DNA of 64,000 nucleotides, taken from contig CAWIPH010000002.1 in assembly GCA_963837955.1 (NCBI GenBank), positions 1,280,001 through 1,344,000 on the forward strand, written 5' to 3'. The notes under the pieces are model-generated. The model saw nothing but the letters and a program-made list of their open reading frames with translations, was not told the DNA's origin and did no database searches. Made by a program: the position numbers and the translations under genes. Below are positions 30,715-41,090 of this stretch, piece by piece. The stretch is from an uncultured Verrucomicrobiae bacterium. GTDB lineage: Bacteria; Verrucomicrobiota; Verrucomicrobiia; Chthoniobacterales; JAFAMB01. Numbering within the stretch: position 1 is the first letter of the stretch; the number at the start of each line of letters is the position of its first letter.

Positions 30715-31536
30715 TCACTCCTCAAGCGTGACACTCAGTCGTTCGATCGCTGCATTGTTAAACTCTTCGCGCAGTTCCGCATGGGAGGTGAAGCGGGAAG
30801 GTTGAACAAATCGTGCAGGAAAATGGATGGTTAGGGGACTCTTCGCGAAAGGATAAGGATTAAGCCGGAAATGGCGTTGACCCAAATGTTCGACATTAAT
30901 TGCTTGGCGGGCGCCGTCTTTCACCGGCAGAGCATGCAAGAGATTCCCCTGAAGCTGGTAATCAACACAGGTCAGCAGCGAAAGATTATCGCAGGCTTGT
31001 AGGAGATGGAAATTATCAACGATCCGCTCCTCGGTTAAATCCTCTGGGGAGTGATCATCGATCTCAGCGAGTTCTTTTTTGGTCGTCGCTTGAAACTCTT
31101 GTTGAGCGCGCAAAAAACTCTCCAACAAAGGTAGTTCATCTGCAGCGATCGTCCGATGGTCAGCTCGATTCTGGAGAAGGTCGTAAGTATGCATCGAGAC
31201 GAGCAACCCCGCGTATAGGTTCTTTGCGGCAACTTTCTTTACAGCTGTTTCCCGCACCGCCAAATAATCTCGCAGATCGATCTCTTCAAACGCTGAATAC
31301 TTACCGACTAATTCGGACGAAAAGGCACTGGGTTTGCCTTGTTTGGTGATTTCCGGACTCGAGTCGCGTTGCTCCCAGCCATCGTCGTGGGTACTGATAC
31401 CCTCCAAGACATCGTCGCGCGGTTCCGGTCGAACAAACAGACTATTGCCCCAATGGATGGCGAACATCCCCGCCAGCCGAGCGTGATCAACGTGGCTAAC
31501 CAACCACCATCCCGTATCGGATTCTAATCGAAGCAT
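30715..31536 (-). CDS. DUF3891-like protein
   Basis: DHARLAG..A.HWGN, HDDGW, YAGLLVSMH, LQACDNLSL..C, PYPF. Confidence 0.7.
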   Translation of the reverse strand: MLRLESDTGWWLVSHVDHARLAGMFAIHWGNSLFVRPEPRDDVLEGISTHDDGWEQRDSSPEITKQGKPSAFSSELVGKYSAFEEIDLRDYLAVRETAVKKVAAKNLYAGLLVSMHTYDLLQNRADHRTIAADELPLLESFLRAQQEFQATTKKELAEIDDHSPEDLTEERIVDNFHLLQACDNLSLLTCVDYQLQGNLLHALPVKDGARQAINVEHLGQRHFRLNPYPFAKSPLTIHFPARFVQPSRFTSHAELREEFNNAAIERLSVTLEE

Positions 31537-31538
31537 AA

Positions 31539-32342
31539 TTAATCGTTTTCCTGACTCAACGCAGATTCGTGCCAATGATGTAGAAAATACCACTCGAGAA
31601 AACTGACAAAGAAGAAGAAGGCAAACCCCAGAGCGGTGGCGACGAATACAAGCGCGAAAAGATAGTCCGTTTGCAATTGCGAATTAGCATACATGATAGA
31701 GTAGCCGATTCCGCCTTCACCAACTCGACTGGACCCGGCGAAAAGTTCTCCGGTAATGCCGCCGATCACTGCGATACCGCTCGAAATTCGAAGCCCCACG
31801 AAGAGGGAGGGGACAGCATGAGGCAGCCGGAGTTTCCAGAAAGTTTGGGCTCGAGACGCGTTGTGCATCGCGAAAAGACTCACCAAGTTCTTATCCACAC
31901 TAATGAGTCCCTGGGTGGCGTTAGCGATGATTGGGGCCAGGCAGATAATGAATGTGATTAGGCAGACAGAGACGGTGCCGGGTCCAGCCCACATGACGAT
32001 CAATGGTGAGATCGCAACGATGGGAACAGTTTGCAGCAAGATCGTGTATGGATAGAGCATGCGGCGGATCCAGCGAGATTGAGCGAATACGATCGCGATG
32101 ATCATTCCGGCCACGACGCTGGCCAGTAGCCCGAGAAGCACTGCGCTCGACGTGATCCGCAAAGCGTTGAACAACGATTCGCGTCGATTGCAGACAGCGA
32201 GCACCACTGCCCAGGGAGAAGGAAGGATGAACCACGGGATGCGAAAGACCAAAATGATGCTCTCCCAAATAGCGCAGAGAACGCAAAAGATCAGTACTAC
32301 ACTGAGCAAATCGATCAGCCGATGCTTTAGAGGTAATTTCAT
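31539..32342 (-). CDS. ABC transporter permease (NitT/TauT family)
   Basis: LPSP, QTVPIVAISPL, KLRLP.A.P..F.GLRI. Confidence 0.9.
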   Translation of the reverse strand: MKLPLKHRLIDLLSVVLIFCVLCAIWESIILVFRIPWFILPSPWAVVLAVCNRRESLFNALRITSSAVLLGLLASVVAGMIIAIVFAQSRWIRRMLYPYTILLQTVPIVAISPLIVMWAGPGTVSVCLITFIICLAPIIANATQGLISVDKNLVSLFAMHNASRAQTFWKLRLPHAVPSLFVGLRISSGIAVIGGITGELFAGSSRVGEGGIGYSIMYANSQLQTDYLFALVFVATALGFAFFFFVSFLEWYFLHHWHESALSQEND

Positions 32343-32356
32343 CCGTTGCGCCGGTA

Positions 32357-33175
32357 TTAGGGCTGCTGAAAGACGCTGCGAAGCTTGTGTGAGACTTCCA
32401 ATACCGCTTGTTCGTATTCAGCACAGAGTCGCAGATCGGCATTTCTAGGAGCGTCAAAGCGAATCGGTATTTCGTGCGCGATCCGGCCAGGGTGGGTCGC
32501 CAAAACGATGATGCGATCGGAAAGGAATACTGCTTCGGCGACAGAGTGGGTAACGAATAGAGCCGTCCAACGATTTTCGGCGCGCAAACGCAGAAGCTCT
32601 TCGTTGAGCCGGTCACGAGTCATTTCGTCCAGGGCTGCAAACGGTTCATCCATCAAGAGTACTTCGGGTCGACCGGAGAGAGCGCGGGCGATAGAGACGC
32701 GCATCTTCATTCCTCCGGAAAGTTGCCGAGGAAATTGACCTGCTACGTCGGTAAGTCCGACCAATGCCAAGGCAGACGTCGCCTTTTCTTTGCGCCGGGC
32801 GCGGCTTTCGGCGTGCAATTCGAGGCTCAGTTCGACGTTTCGTTGAACTGTTCTCCAAGGGAGAAGCGTGGCGTCTTGAAACATGAAAGCCATGATCTCG
32901 CGAGCGTTCACCGGTTCCATGCCGTCAATCGAGATTTTCCCAGAGGAAATAGGGCTCAACCCGGCGATCAATTTCAGCAGCGTCGACTTACCGCAGCCAG
33001 AGGGGCCGATGATGCTCACGAACTCCGATGGGTAAACATTCAGGCGGATTCGATCCAAAACATAAGTTCCGTTTGGGTATGTCTTGCTTACCTCCCGGAT
33101 CTCGATCTGGGGACGATTCGCGGCCTGTTCGCCAGTCTGTTGCATCGATTTCACGGCGGGCGTCGGTGATCTCAT
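32357..33175 (-). CDS. ABC transporter ATP-binding protein (NitT/TauT family)
   Basis: GPSGCGKST, LSGGM, LMDEPF, FVTH; start uncertain. Confidence 0.9.
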   Translation of the reverse strand: MRSPTPAVKSMQQTGEQAANRPQIEIREVSKTYPNGTYVLDRIRLNVYPSEFVSIIGPSGCGKSTLLKLIAGLSPISSGKISIDGMEPVNAREIMAFMFQDATLLPWRTVQRNVELSLELHAESRARRKEKATSALALVGLTDVAGQFPRQLSGGMKMRVSIARALSGRPEVLLMDEPFAALDEMTRDRLNEELLRLRAENRWTALFVTHSVAEAVFLSDRIIVLATHPGRIAHEIPIRFDAPRNADLRLCAEYEQAVLEVSHKLRSVFQQP

Positions 33176-33204
33176 TTTGGGCACGATATATCTGTTACCG
33201 CGCA

Positions 33205-34887
33205 CTAGGCAGCGATCGGCAGATCGAGTCGGGAAGGCGCGTTCCGTTCATGGAGAATCCCCTGCGTTGCTTTACGCCAAGTCCAGGGATCCGCTGCCGG
33301 TGGCGGCACCGAGCAACCGGGGTTACGGTCGTACAAGGGAAAGGCGGAACTAGCGATCTCCAGCCGGATGCGCTCGCCGGCTGCGAATACACAAGAGGTG
33401 GGCTCGAATTCAAATTCCCACCGTATCGGCTCATCGGGCAGAAAACCGTCCGGAAACAGCCAATCGGATCGCGCGATGCCGATGCAAACAAATTCGGCAC
33501 GGCCGTCGCACCGCAGACGAACCAGCTTACCAACAAAATCCGTCGATTGTCTCGAGCTAGTTGCAAACAACACTAATTTCGGATGGCCAAACACATGAAG
33601 CGGTTGGTCTAACGGAGCCGAAGTGTAAACAAGGAGGTTGTTCCCTTGTTCCAAGTTGTATTGATCAAAGCAGCCGGGCGCGGCAGTAATTCCTCCAGGA
33701 GCGATGACCGGAACTTCCGGATCGTAGACGTACAAGTCGCGCGGTTCCTCGCGATCTGGGACAGCCGCGCTTAGTTCGCCGTCGCCGTGGGCGGAGTTCG
33801 CTTTGCCGGCGCTGCGAAGGTAAAAACTTCGGTTCTCCCGAGGCCAGCTTTGGGCGGTGTACCATCGATTAGCGCCGAGTGCGAAATGCCGAATGGGCGG
33901 TTCGTTCGCAAATTCCTCGCTGCCCTTTAACCAATGATTAAACCAGCGTAGAAGGACCAGATTCGTGTCCCACGCAGCTGCCTCGCCGAGATCGATATCT
34001 CCAACTCGAGTTCCCCAGGGAATATGAATCCAAGGACCCGCGATGAGGTACTGATTTGGGCAGCCAGCCGATCGGAGAGCAAGAAAACTATCGATACTTC
34101 CCTTGAGATAAAGATCGTACCAGCCTGAGAGGTGAAGAGTCGGAAGCTGTGGCAATCGTCCGCTCAGATCGAACGCACGCCAATAGTCATCAAAGTGACG
34201 ATGATGGATCCAGTCCTTTACATAAGAAGGCGTACCAGGTGTTTCCAAGGCCGGCAACGCGCGGTAAGGCGCATGCCAGGCTTGCTGACGGAGGTTCAAC
34301 CAGGCCTCTTCCAGTGCGCGGTTGGCTTCCTCTAAGCCGTTACGGCGAACGTCTTCCCGCGACATCTGGATTCCCCAACCAAGGGTAGCCGCGAGCCGCA
34401 AGGCACCGTTATGATAAAACCACCCGGGGTAAAGGTCGTGCGTGGTCATCCAAGGTGCGATCGCAACCAATCCCGGAGCTTGCTCTGCCGCAGCCAGAAA
34501 TTGGGTAGCTCCCTGATAAGAGAAACCATACATGCCGATTTTGCCGTTGCAGGCCGGATGCTGAACCAGCCAGGAGAGCGTGTCGAAGCCGTCAACGCCC
34601 TCGTTGCGAAACGGATAGAATGTTCCTTCGGAGTCGCCTCGTCCCCGAACATCCTGAATGACGACATGATAACCAGCTCGGGCAAACCAGACCGGATGCG
34701 CGTACACGACGGTCGAAGCGATCTCGCGTCCGTAGGGTTGCCGCATGAGAAGGGTGGGGGCGGGGACAGATCCAGCGGGATAGTAATGGTCCGAGATCAG
34801 AGTGGTACCGTCACGCATGCGACACGGAACCGAGCGTTCCAGTCGCACCCCATTTCCGCAGTCGATCAAATGGGCAGCGGACTTCAT
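33205..34887 (-). CDS. CocE/NonD family hydrolase
   Basis: MRDG..L, R.PY, QDVRGRGDSEG, GFSYQG, GWYD, GPWIH. Confidence 0.9.
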   Translation of the reverse strand: MKSAAHLIDCGNGVRLERSVPCRMRDGTTLISDHYYPAGSVPAPTLLMRQPYGREIASTVVYAHPVWFARAGYHVVIQDVRGRGDSEGTFYPFRNEGVDGFDTLSWLVQHPACNGKIGMYGFSYQGATQFLAAAEQAPGLVAIAPWMTTHDLYPGWFYHNGALRLAATLGWGIQMSREDVRRNGLEEANRALEEAWLNLRQQAWHAPYRALPALETPGTPSYVKDWIHHRHFDDYWRAFDLSGRLPQLPTLHLSGWYDLYLKGSIDSFLALRSAGCPNQYLIAGPWIHIPWGTRVGDIDLGEAAAWDTNLVLLRWFNHWLKGSEEFANEPPIRHFALGANRWYTAQSWPRENRSFYLRSAGKANSAHGDGELSAAVPDREEPRDLYVYDPEVPVIAPGGITAAPGCFDQYNLEQGNNLLVYTSAPLDQPLHVFGHPKLVLFATSSRQSTDFVGKLVRLRCDGRAEFVCIGIARSDWLFPDGFLPDEPIRWEFEFEPTSCVFAAGERIRLEIASSAFPLYDRNPGCSVPPPAADPWTWRKATQGILHERNAPSRLDLPIAA

Positions 34888-35678
34888 TGGGAGTGAGGGC
34901 CTTTAAACGTCGCCATTGCTATTAAGGCGTCGGCTACCTTTCGCGCCATTGCCGCCAACCATCGCTGTCCCTTTTCCGCGGTTGAAGGTCGGGGATCACC
35001 CAATACACCGGACGCAGCAATATCTTTGGTGAGCCAGGCAAAAGTGGCGGGACCATTCTCCGGTAGCAACGCTTCCGGTTTGGAGAGGTCCGCAATATAA
35101 TTCACGGAGTACTGATCCGTCTTGACTAGCTCTGGGCACCCAGCCAGCAACAGCGAAGTCTCCAGCTCACCGGCGTGATATCCATACGCTTTTTCTTGGG
35201 GATCGAGTCCGACAAATGTGGCGCCCCCCGAAGCGCTTAAGCAGAAGGTCCGCAGCCCAAATTCGGCCCGCAGATCGCGAGCCATGACGTCGACCGCCGA
35301 AGTATTTCCGCCATGAGAATTGTAAAGGACGAGTCGCCGAAAGCCGGCGCTGGCTAAACTAGAACCGATATCGCGAACGACCGCCATGAATGTCGTTGCC
35401 GAAAGAGCCAGGGTACCGGCATAACCAATGTGTTCATTGCTCTTTCCGTAACAGACCGGTGGCAGCGCAAAGATAGAGGCTTCGGGTGGCAACAGCTGAA
35501 GTGCGTGCCCGAGGGCTAGATTGTTAATCAAAGTGTCGGTGGCCAGCGGCAGATGGTAACCATGCTGTTCAATCGCAGCGGTAGGTAGAACGAGGAGAGT
35601 ACTCTCGCGCGGTAAACGGTCTACCTCTTGCCAAGTGAGATAAGCGAACTGGCGATCGTCAGGAATCCAGGTTTTCAC
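34884..35678 (-). CDS. creatininase family amidohydrolase
   Basis: EQHG.HLP..TD, NSHGGN, HAGELET, G..GDP. Confidence 0.9.
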   Translation of the reverse strand: MKTWIPDDRQFAYLTWQEVDRLPRESTLLVLPTAAIEQHGYHLPLATDTLINNLALGHALQLLPPEASIFALPPVCYGKSNEHIGYAGTLALSATTFMAVVRDIGSSLASAGFRRLVLYNSHGGNTSAVDVMARDLRAEFGLRTFCLSASGGATFVGLDPQEKAYGYHAGELETSLLLAGCPELVKTDQYSVNYIADLSKPEALLPENGPATFAWLTKDIAASGVLGDPRPSTAEKGQRWLAAMARKVADALIAMATFKGPHSQ

Positions 35679-37045
35679 GACTGCGCCAAGGTCGGTTCTT
35701 CCTTCCGAAACGTCACCATTTTGCCAGGATTTAGCAGCCCGTTCGGATCAAATAGATACTTAGCTCGGAGCTGCCGATTGTCGGCCCGAAAACGACCGCC
35801 GCCTTCGACTTGGTTCACGTGAGGATTCGCAATGCTCACCCCGATTTCGCGGCAATGATCAATCATTTCGTTGAGATAAGGTTCAGTTCGATAGCGAACG
35901 ATTGGCAGACAGCTGGGGATGACTCGACCGCCTTCATTCTTAACCATTTCCATATGGAGCAAGAAGTCGTTGCCAAAGCGCTTGCGGAGTAACCGGAATT
36001 GTTCGCGTACTCGATCGGGATCAAAGCTGCATTGCAAATAGGTTAACCCGGAATCGACTTTGATGGCCCAAAGCGTGGTGTGATTCCAGGTGTAATCGGT
36101 CAACAGCGGACCGCGCCGAGGCTCCTGGTAGGGCTGGGCAAAGGTGACTTGGCCATCGGCCTGTTCTGCTTGGGTGACGAGTTCGGGAAGCTGCGGATTA
36201 TCTACTTGGCAAAAAATTATCGCCTTTTCTTCCGGACATATTTTCCGAACCGGAAGGAAGTAGCTCGGAATAGGCCATTCGAAAATCGTCACCAACCGTT
36301 TTCGGATTTCTTCGGATTGCGCGAGCGTTTCGCCGAAGTCGTACGCCTCGGTAAACGATGGAAAAGCGATGGCCGCTTGGGCCCAATCCCGACGTGTCCC
36401 CAGTGCCAACCAAATCTTCGTGATGATTCCATTCGTTCCCCATGAGTGTAGGATTTGGTGAACTTCATCCCCAGCAAAACGAAGAAGTCGTGGCGCCTTC
36501 TCCATTGTTAAAATTTCTATCGCGCGAACAGTTTGATTGTCCCGTAATCCGCCGTAAGTGATCGATCCAATCCCGCCGGAGCCGCCGGCCAGAAAACCTC
36601 CAACCGACGCCTTTACATAAGTGCTCGGGTAGCAACGCAGTTCCCAGCCCACTTTGCGTGCTGCCGTCTCGATAGCGGCCAGCCGGGCGCCCGGTTCGCA
36701 GACGGCTACGCCCTCCGGCTCGATAGCGAGGATCTGGTCCATTGACGCCAAATCCAAAACCACACCACCGGCCAACGGAACAGCCTGCCCGTAATTTCCG
36801 GTACCGGAACCACGAACGGTCACCGGTATATTCTCGATAAAACAGTAGGTGAGGATTCTCCTGATCTCTTCAACCGATCGTGGTTGCGCGATTACGTCCG
36901 CCCGTTTGTCGTCGAGGAGAGTCTTGAGGATTGGTGAATACCAATAAAAGTCCTTCGAAAGTCTCTCCACGGCTTGGGGTTCCCGGATTAACGCATTGGT
37001 TCTCCCCAGGCGTGTTTCCAATTCAGCAACGTTGCGTTCGGTCAT
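35675..37045 (-). CDS. FAD-binding oxidoreductase (VAO/PCMH-type)
   Basis: DFYWYSPIL, RGSGTGNYGQ, GGF..GGSGG.GS, DP.GLLNPGK; ATGA overlap with the deaminase stop. Confidence 0.85.
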   Translation of the reverse strand: MTERNVAELETRLGRTNALIREPQAVERLSKDFYWYSPILKTLLDDKRADVIAQPRSVEEIRRILTYCFIENIPVTVRGSGTGNYGQAVPLAGGVVLDLASMDQILAIEPEGVAVCEPGARLAAIETAARKVGWELRCYPSTYVKASVGGFLAGGSGGIGSITYGGLRDNQTVRAIEILTMEKAPRLLRFAGDEVHQILHSWGTNGIITKIWLALGTRRDWAQAAIAFPSFTEAYDFGETLAQSEEIRKRLVTIFEWPIPSYFLPVRKICPEEKAIIFCQVDNPQLPELVTQAEQADGQVTFAQPYQEPRRGPLLTDYTWNHTTLWAIKVDSGLTYLQCSFDPDRVREQFRLLRKRFGNDFLLHMEMVKNEGGRVIPSCLPIVRYRTEPYLNEMIDHCREIGVSIANPHVNQVEGGGRFRADNRQLRAKYLFDPNGLLNPGKMVTFRKEEPTLAQS

Positions 37046-37569
37046 TGGTTGTTTGATCGCCAGATTTTGAATCGCTTGATCATATTCGGATGAGAGAAAA
37101 GCGAGTAACAGAGTTCCGCCTCGACCGGACCAACCACTTCGCAACGCATGTCACTTTTAGACGCGAGCTCACTCGCAGGAACGTAGATTTGGTTACAGTG
37201 GCGAGCGGCGTGTTCGATAGTCGCGCCGTAGACAACGCGATCCAGACCTGCCCAGAGGATGGCTGCCATGCACATCGGACACGGTTCACAGGTTGTATAT
37301 AGAGTGTAACCGCGGAGGAGGTGATTCTTGATCCGTTTGCAGGCAATTCTGATGGCATTCACTTCCGCATGGCAGGTCGGATCCTGTTTTTGGGAGGACT
37401 GATTGACGGCTCGAACCAACATTTTGCGGGACTGAGTATGTATTACCGTGGCCCCGAATGGCACAGGTGTCTCTGTCAGCAATGTTCTTTGGGTGAACCG
37501 AACCAGGCTGACCATTTGCTCCCGATCAAAAGTGGAAAGTCCGGGATCTTTGATTCTTGCGACCGCCAT
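37042..37569 (-). CDS. zinc-dependent nucleobase/nucleoside deaminase (CDA superfamily)
   Basis: PFGA, DPTCHAE, CEPCPMC. Confidence 0.9.
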   Translation of the reverse strand: MAVARIKDPGLSTFDREQMVSLVRFTQRTLLTETPVPFGATVIHTQSRKMLVRAVNQSSQKQDPTCHAEVNAIRIACKRIKNHLLRGYTLYTTCEPCPMCMAAILWAGLDRVVYGATIEHAARHCNQIYVPASELASKSDMRCEVVGPVEAELCYSLFSHPNMIKRFKIWRSNNQ

Positions 37570-37586
37570 CAGTGGGCCGTCATATC

Positions 37587-37602
37587 AGCAGATTTTATTC
37601 CT
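37587..37602 (-). promoter_or_regulatory. possible sigma54 promoter of the deaminase operon
   Basis: AGGAAT AAAAT CTGCT = GG-N10-GC, degenerate. Confidence 0.4.
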
Positions 37603-37903
37603 GAACGCCGAAGCAGCCCATGCCGCCGGAGGGGAGCCGCTTGCGGCTCCCGAGAATAGTCCATGATAGGGCAACGCGAGCGAATCTTTGGACTCGATCC
37701 CTCTGTGCGCGCTGGATTATTTCCGGGCGTCGCACGTGTCCGACGAAGCCTCAGTCGCCTCGTAGGCCATGGCGCACCAAACTTGCGAAGTCGGAAGCAA
37801 CGCCCCTCCGACAGCTCGGCGTCCAGAAATTTCCGGGCATCCAAGTCTGTGGAATTGAACGCTTCTATCCAATTCCGCAGACTTGATGCACTATTGTGTC
37901 CCT

Positions 37904-39214
37904 ATGCGAGGTGGCTCCCCAGACTCCAATCTTACCGAAACCTCTGTGACTGGCTCGCGCCAAAAGATACTGACTAAGGAAATTGGAATTCGGATTCCAA
38001 CCGAGATCGCTAAGAAGCACCGAAATCTTTCTCCGGGTCGCAATACCTATCTCGCAACCAGTGACGAGAACATTAGCCGGCAGCTCGATCAGCTCGATTC
38101 GTCAGATCACGGGGCGCTCGCCGGCATTCCGGTTTCGATCAAAGACTGTTTCGATGTTGCTGGTTATCCGACGAGCGTTGGATCCAGGTTTTATCAGGAA
38201 CAGTCCGGGATTTGTGCGGCTGATTCCGGGGTAGCGCGACGAGTACGTTCGGCTGGCGGGATCATCACGGGGAAGACACACCTCAATCAATTGGCCTATG
38301 GTCTTACCGGCGAAAACCTAGACTTTGGAAACTGTTTGCAGCCAGCGAATCCGGCTCTGCTCACCGGCGGATCCAGCAGCGGAGCTGCCGCCAGCATTTT
38401 AGAAGGCTCGGCCATGTGCGCAATCGGGACCGATACCGGCGGTTCGATACGGTTTCCGGCAAGCCTGTGCGGTTTGTACGGTTTCAGGGCATCTTTGGGA
38501 GTCGGTTCTTGGGAGGGAGGACATCATCTCGCGGAATCGTTCGATACGATTGGATTTCTTTTTCGGCACTTGGAAGACGCACTTCAACTCGGAGAAGCCA
38601 TCTTTGAACTGCCAAGACCAAGAACGGCTCCGCGCTTCAAGACAATCGGAGTCGTCGAGGGAAATTTCCTCCGCGATGCGGAACCGGAGGTATTAGAAGG
38701 AGCACTGGATTGGGGTCGACGCTTGGAGCAGCGCGGATTCTTATTGGAAAAGTTCGCGCCGATTGATTGGGAGGAAGCGTTAGAAGTATTCCGTCCCATT
38801 CAAGCATTCGAAGCAGCCAAGTATCACGCGGGAAATTTCAACCAGTTTGAGCCAGGGATTCGAGCGCGCCTGGAATGGGGAGCGAGTCTTGGGTCAAGTG
38901 AGTTGGAGACGCTACGGGAACGACGTGAATTGTTCGTGCTACGAATGCAGGAACTCTTTGGGCGTTACGATCTTTTACTTTGGCCAGTAGCCCCGATCGC
39001 CAGGCTAGAGAACGGTGCCGATACTCAGCTCGTGCGCGATCGAGTCTTACGTTATACGACGCCCGCGAGCGTTGCCGGATTGCCCTGTTTAGCCTTGCCG
39101 AATCGCGTAGGCGGCGCGCAATTAGCGGCTCCTCACGGGTCAGATCGAGAGCTGCTGCGGGTGGCTTCGCTGCTTGCTGCTACGCGGCAAAGAGAAATGA
39201 CAAATGGGGCGTAA
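37904..39214 (+). CDS. amidase signature family protein
   Basis: SIKDCF, GGSSSG, GTDTGGSIRFPA; start uncertain. Confidence 0.88.
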   Translation: MRGGSPDSNLTETSVTGSRQKILTKEIGIRIPTEIAKKHRNLSPGRNTYLATSDENISRQLDQLDSSDHGALAGIPVSIKDCFDVAGYPTSVGSRFYQEQSGICAADSGVARRVRSAGGIITGKTHLNQLAYGLTGENLDFGNCLQPANPALLTGGSSSGAAASILEGSAMCAIGTDTGGSIRFPASLCGLYGFRASLGVGSWEGGHHLAESFDTIGFLFRHLEDALQLGEAIFELPRPRTAPRFKTIGVVEGNFLRDAEPEVLEGALDWGRRLEQRGFLLEKFAPIDWEEALEVFRPIQAFEAAKYHAGNFNQFEPGIRARLEWGASLGSSELETLRERRELFVLRMQELFGRYDLLLWPVAPIARLENGADTQLVRDRVLRYTTPASVAGLPCLALPNRVGGAQLAAPHGSDRELLRVASLLAATRQREMTNGA

Positions 39215-39222
39215 ACCGACGG

Positions 39223-39353
39223 ACACCCCTGACGACGGAGGGCGAGCCGCTCGCGGCTCCCGGAAGCTATCCATGGCGACCGATCTAGCGTGTTGTTGAT
39301 CGTGGGTAAATCCCGGGAGCCGCAAGCGGCTCGCCCTCCGTCGTCAGGGGTGT
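39223..39353. repeat. inverted repeat element
   Basis: ACACCCCTGACGACGGAGGGCGAGCCGC...GCGGCTCGCCCTCCGTCGTCAGGGGTGT; partial arm at 37628-37652. Confidence 0.85.
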
Positions 39354-39409
39354 TGCTGGTGGACCCATTTGCCAATCTGTCATTTTCCATAGCTGCAACG
39401 CAGCCCGCC

Positions 39410-39425
39410 TGGCACGACTGCTGCT
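39410..39425 (+). promoter_or_regulatory. sigma54 promoter
   Basis: TGGCAC GACTG CTGCT = GG-N10-GC. Confidence 0.7.
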
Positions 39426-39438
39426 ATTTTAGCGGGCG

Positions 39439-40431
39439 ATGATTCGCAGTCTCCTCGCTCTTTGTTGTTCCGGCTCACTGCTGCTGTTAGCCGGATGCAA
39501 CAAAGCCCCAGAACCTCAGAAAACTTCTGAAACGCAGCTTACACCGGTCCGTTTTCTGACCGATTGGTATCCCCAACCAGAACATGGAGGATTCTATAAT
39601 GCCCTGGTCCGCGGCTATTACAAAGAGGCCGGCCTGGATGTAACTATTGAACCAGGTGGCCCAAATATTTATCCGACTCAGCGCGTCCCCGTGGGGGCGG
39701 GAGAGTTTGGTATGGCCTCCTCCGATATTATCCTGAAGACGAATGCGGAAGGTCAAGACCTGGTCGCCGTTGGGGCGACGATGCAGTGGGATCCTCAAGC
39801 GATCATGCTGCACGCGGAAGATCCGGCAAATAGTTTTGCCGATTTGGAAGGTCGAACTATTGCCGCTGTTCCCGGCTCAGTCTGGTTTCTCTATCTGGTG
39901 AAGAAGTTCAATTTTCAGAATGTGAAAGAGATACCCGCGACCTTCACCATAGCGAATTTCTTGCACGACCCTCAGTACATCCAACAGATCTTTGTGACTT
40001 CGGAGCCATTCTTTGTTGAGCAGTCCGGCGGCAGTAAACCGAAAATCCTACTCATCAAGGATACCGGCTACCAGATCTACCGCGTTTTCTTTACGACCCG
40101 AAGCTACATGGAAAAGAATCCGGAAATTGTGCGAAAGTTTGTTGCCGCTTCGGTCAGAGGCTGGCGGGACTATATTCAAGACCCGAGCGCAGCGAATGCC
40201 GAAATCGCCAAACGAAACCCGGAGATGAACGTGGAGCGGATGAAATTTAGCTGGAATGCACTGAAAGAGGGAGGCTTCGTTTACGGTTCGGATCCGAGCG
40301 GAGCCTTAACCGGGAAATTCGACCCACAACGTTGGAACGAAAATTACCAGATTCTGCGAAGCCTGGGAGTTATTACTAAAGATATCGACCCGATGCGAGG
40401 TTACACGCTGGAATTCACGAAGGGCTTATGA
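39439..40431 (+). CDS. ABC substrate-binding lipoprotein, NMT1/THI5-like
   Basis: lipobox LAGC, DWYPQPEHGGFY, GLDVTI.PGGP, SEPF. Confidence 0.88.
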   Translation: MIRSLLALCCSGSLLLLAGCNKAPEPQKTSETQLTPVRFLTDWYPQPEHGGFYNALVRGYYKEAGLDVTIEPGGPNIYPTQRVPVGAGEFGMASSDIILKTNAEGQDLVAVGATMQWDPQAIMLHAEDPANSFADLEGRTIAAVPGSVWFLYLVKKFNFQNVKEIPATFTIANFLHDPQYIQQIFVTSEPFFVEQSGGSKPKILLIKDTGYQIYRVFFTTRSYMEKNPEIVRKFVAASVRGWRDYIQDPSAANAEIAKRNPEMNVERMKFSWNALKEGGFVYGSDPSGALTGKFDPQRWNENYQILRSLGVITKDIDPMRGYTLEFTKGL

Positions 40432-40935
40432 TTTTTCGGAGGTCGATAATTCAGCATCTGGCAGCACCAACAATATCAGGATGATTCCGATGCAGGCGAA
40501 CATCCTGAACGCTGCATCCTGACCATTCCAGATCTTCGATTGCCACATCAGAAACCATTCTCCGCCCACGGACAAGAAAGCGACAAGCCACTGCAAGAGG
40601 CTGAGGGTTAGGCCGATTATTGCCGGGTTCTTGGCCCGTTGAAAAATGGACGAAGGGGATCTTAGATTGCGGAGACTTTTGACAGTTCCCCACCAACAAA
40701 AAGTTGCGGCAACGGCTTCCCAGGCGATGATCGTTGCGTAAAAGAAGGTGTCTTCTAACCCGGAAGTAAGAGCACGCCACTTTCCATGATTTTCAGGGAA
40801 AGTCGTATCCATGCTCAGAACGTGCTCCACGAAATGGTAGTTGGAATCGTAATCGGTCAAGTTGTTGAAAACGACGAGCGTAAGAAAGAAGGCTACGGCG
40901 GCCACGAGAGCTAGCTTGCAGATGCGAAGAGTCAT
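40426..40935 (-). CDS. DUF2165-like membrane protein
   Basis: NNLTDY.SN..FV.HVLSMDT, GGEWF.MWQS..WNGQ. Confidence 0.85.
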   Translation of the reverse strand: MTLRICKLALVAAVAFFLTLVVFNNLTDYDSNYHFVEHVLSMDTTFPENHGKWRALTSGLEDTFFYATIIAWEAVAATFCWWGTVKSLRNLRSPSSIFQRAKNPAIIGLTLSLLQWLVAFLSVGGEWFLMWQSKIWNGQDAAFRMFACIGIILILLVLPDAELSTSEKS

Positions 40936-40950
40936 CGGGTCGGGAGACGA

Positions 40951-40966
40951 AGCATGATATATGCCG
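40951..40966 (-). promoter_or_regulatory. sigma54 promoter
   Basis: CGGCAT ATATC ATGCT = GG-N10-GC. Confidence 0.6.
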
Positions 40967-41090
40967 ATTGTTAGTTAAGTCGCTACAGGCGACGCTGTTG
41001 TCGTTTAGCCATCCTGGCGCTTTTTCGAACGATGTTAAATATATTGCACAGAAATATTCGACCAAATTATCGCGGTTCAAGGAGGTGCCA

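Noticed and set aside
37569..37977. Small ORFs or a riboswitch between the deaminase and amidase
   Set aside because: No family motifs or recognisable aptamer; the region is better explained as a divergent promoter with a repeat fragment
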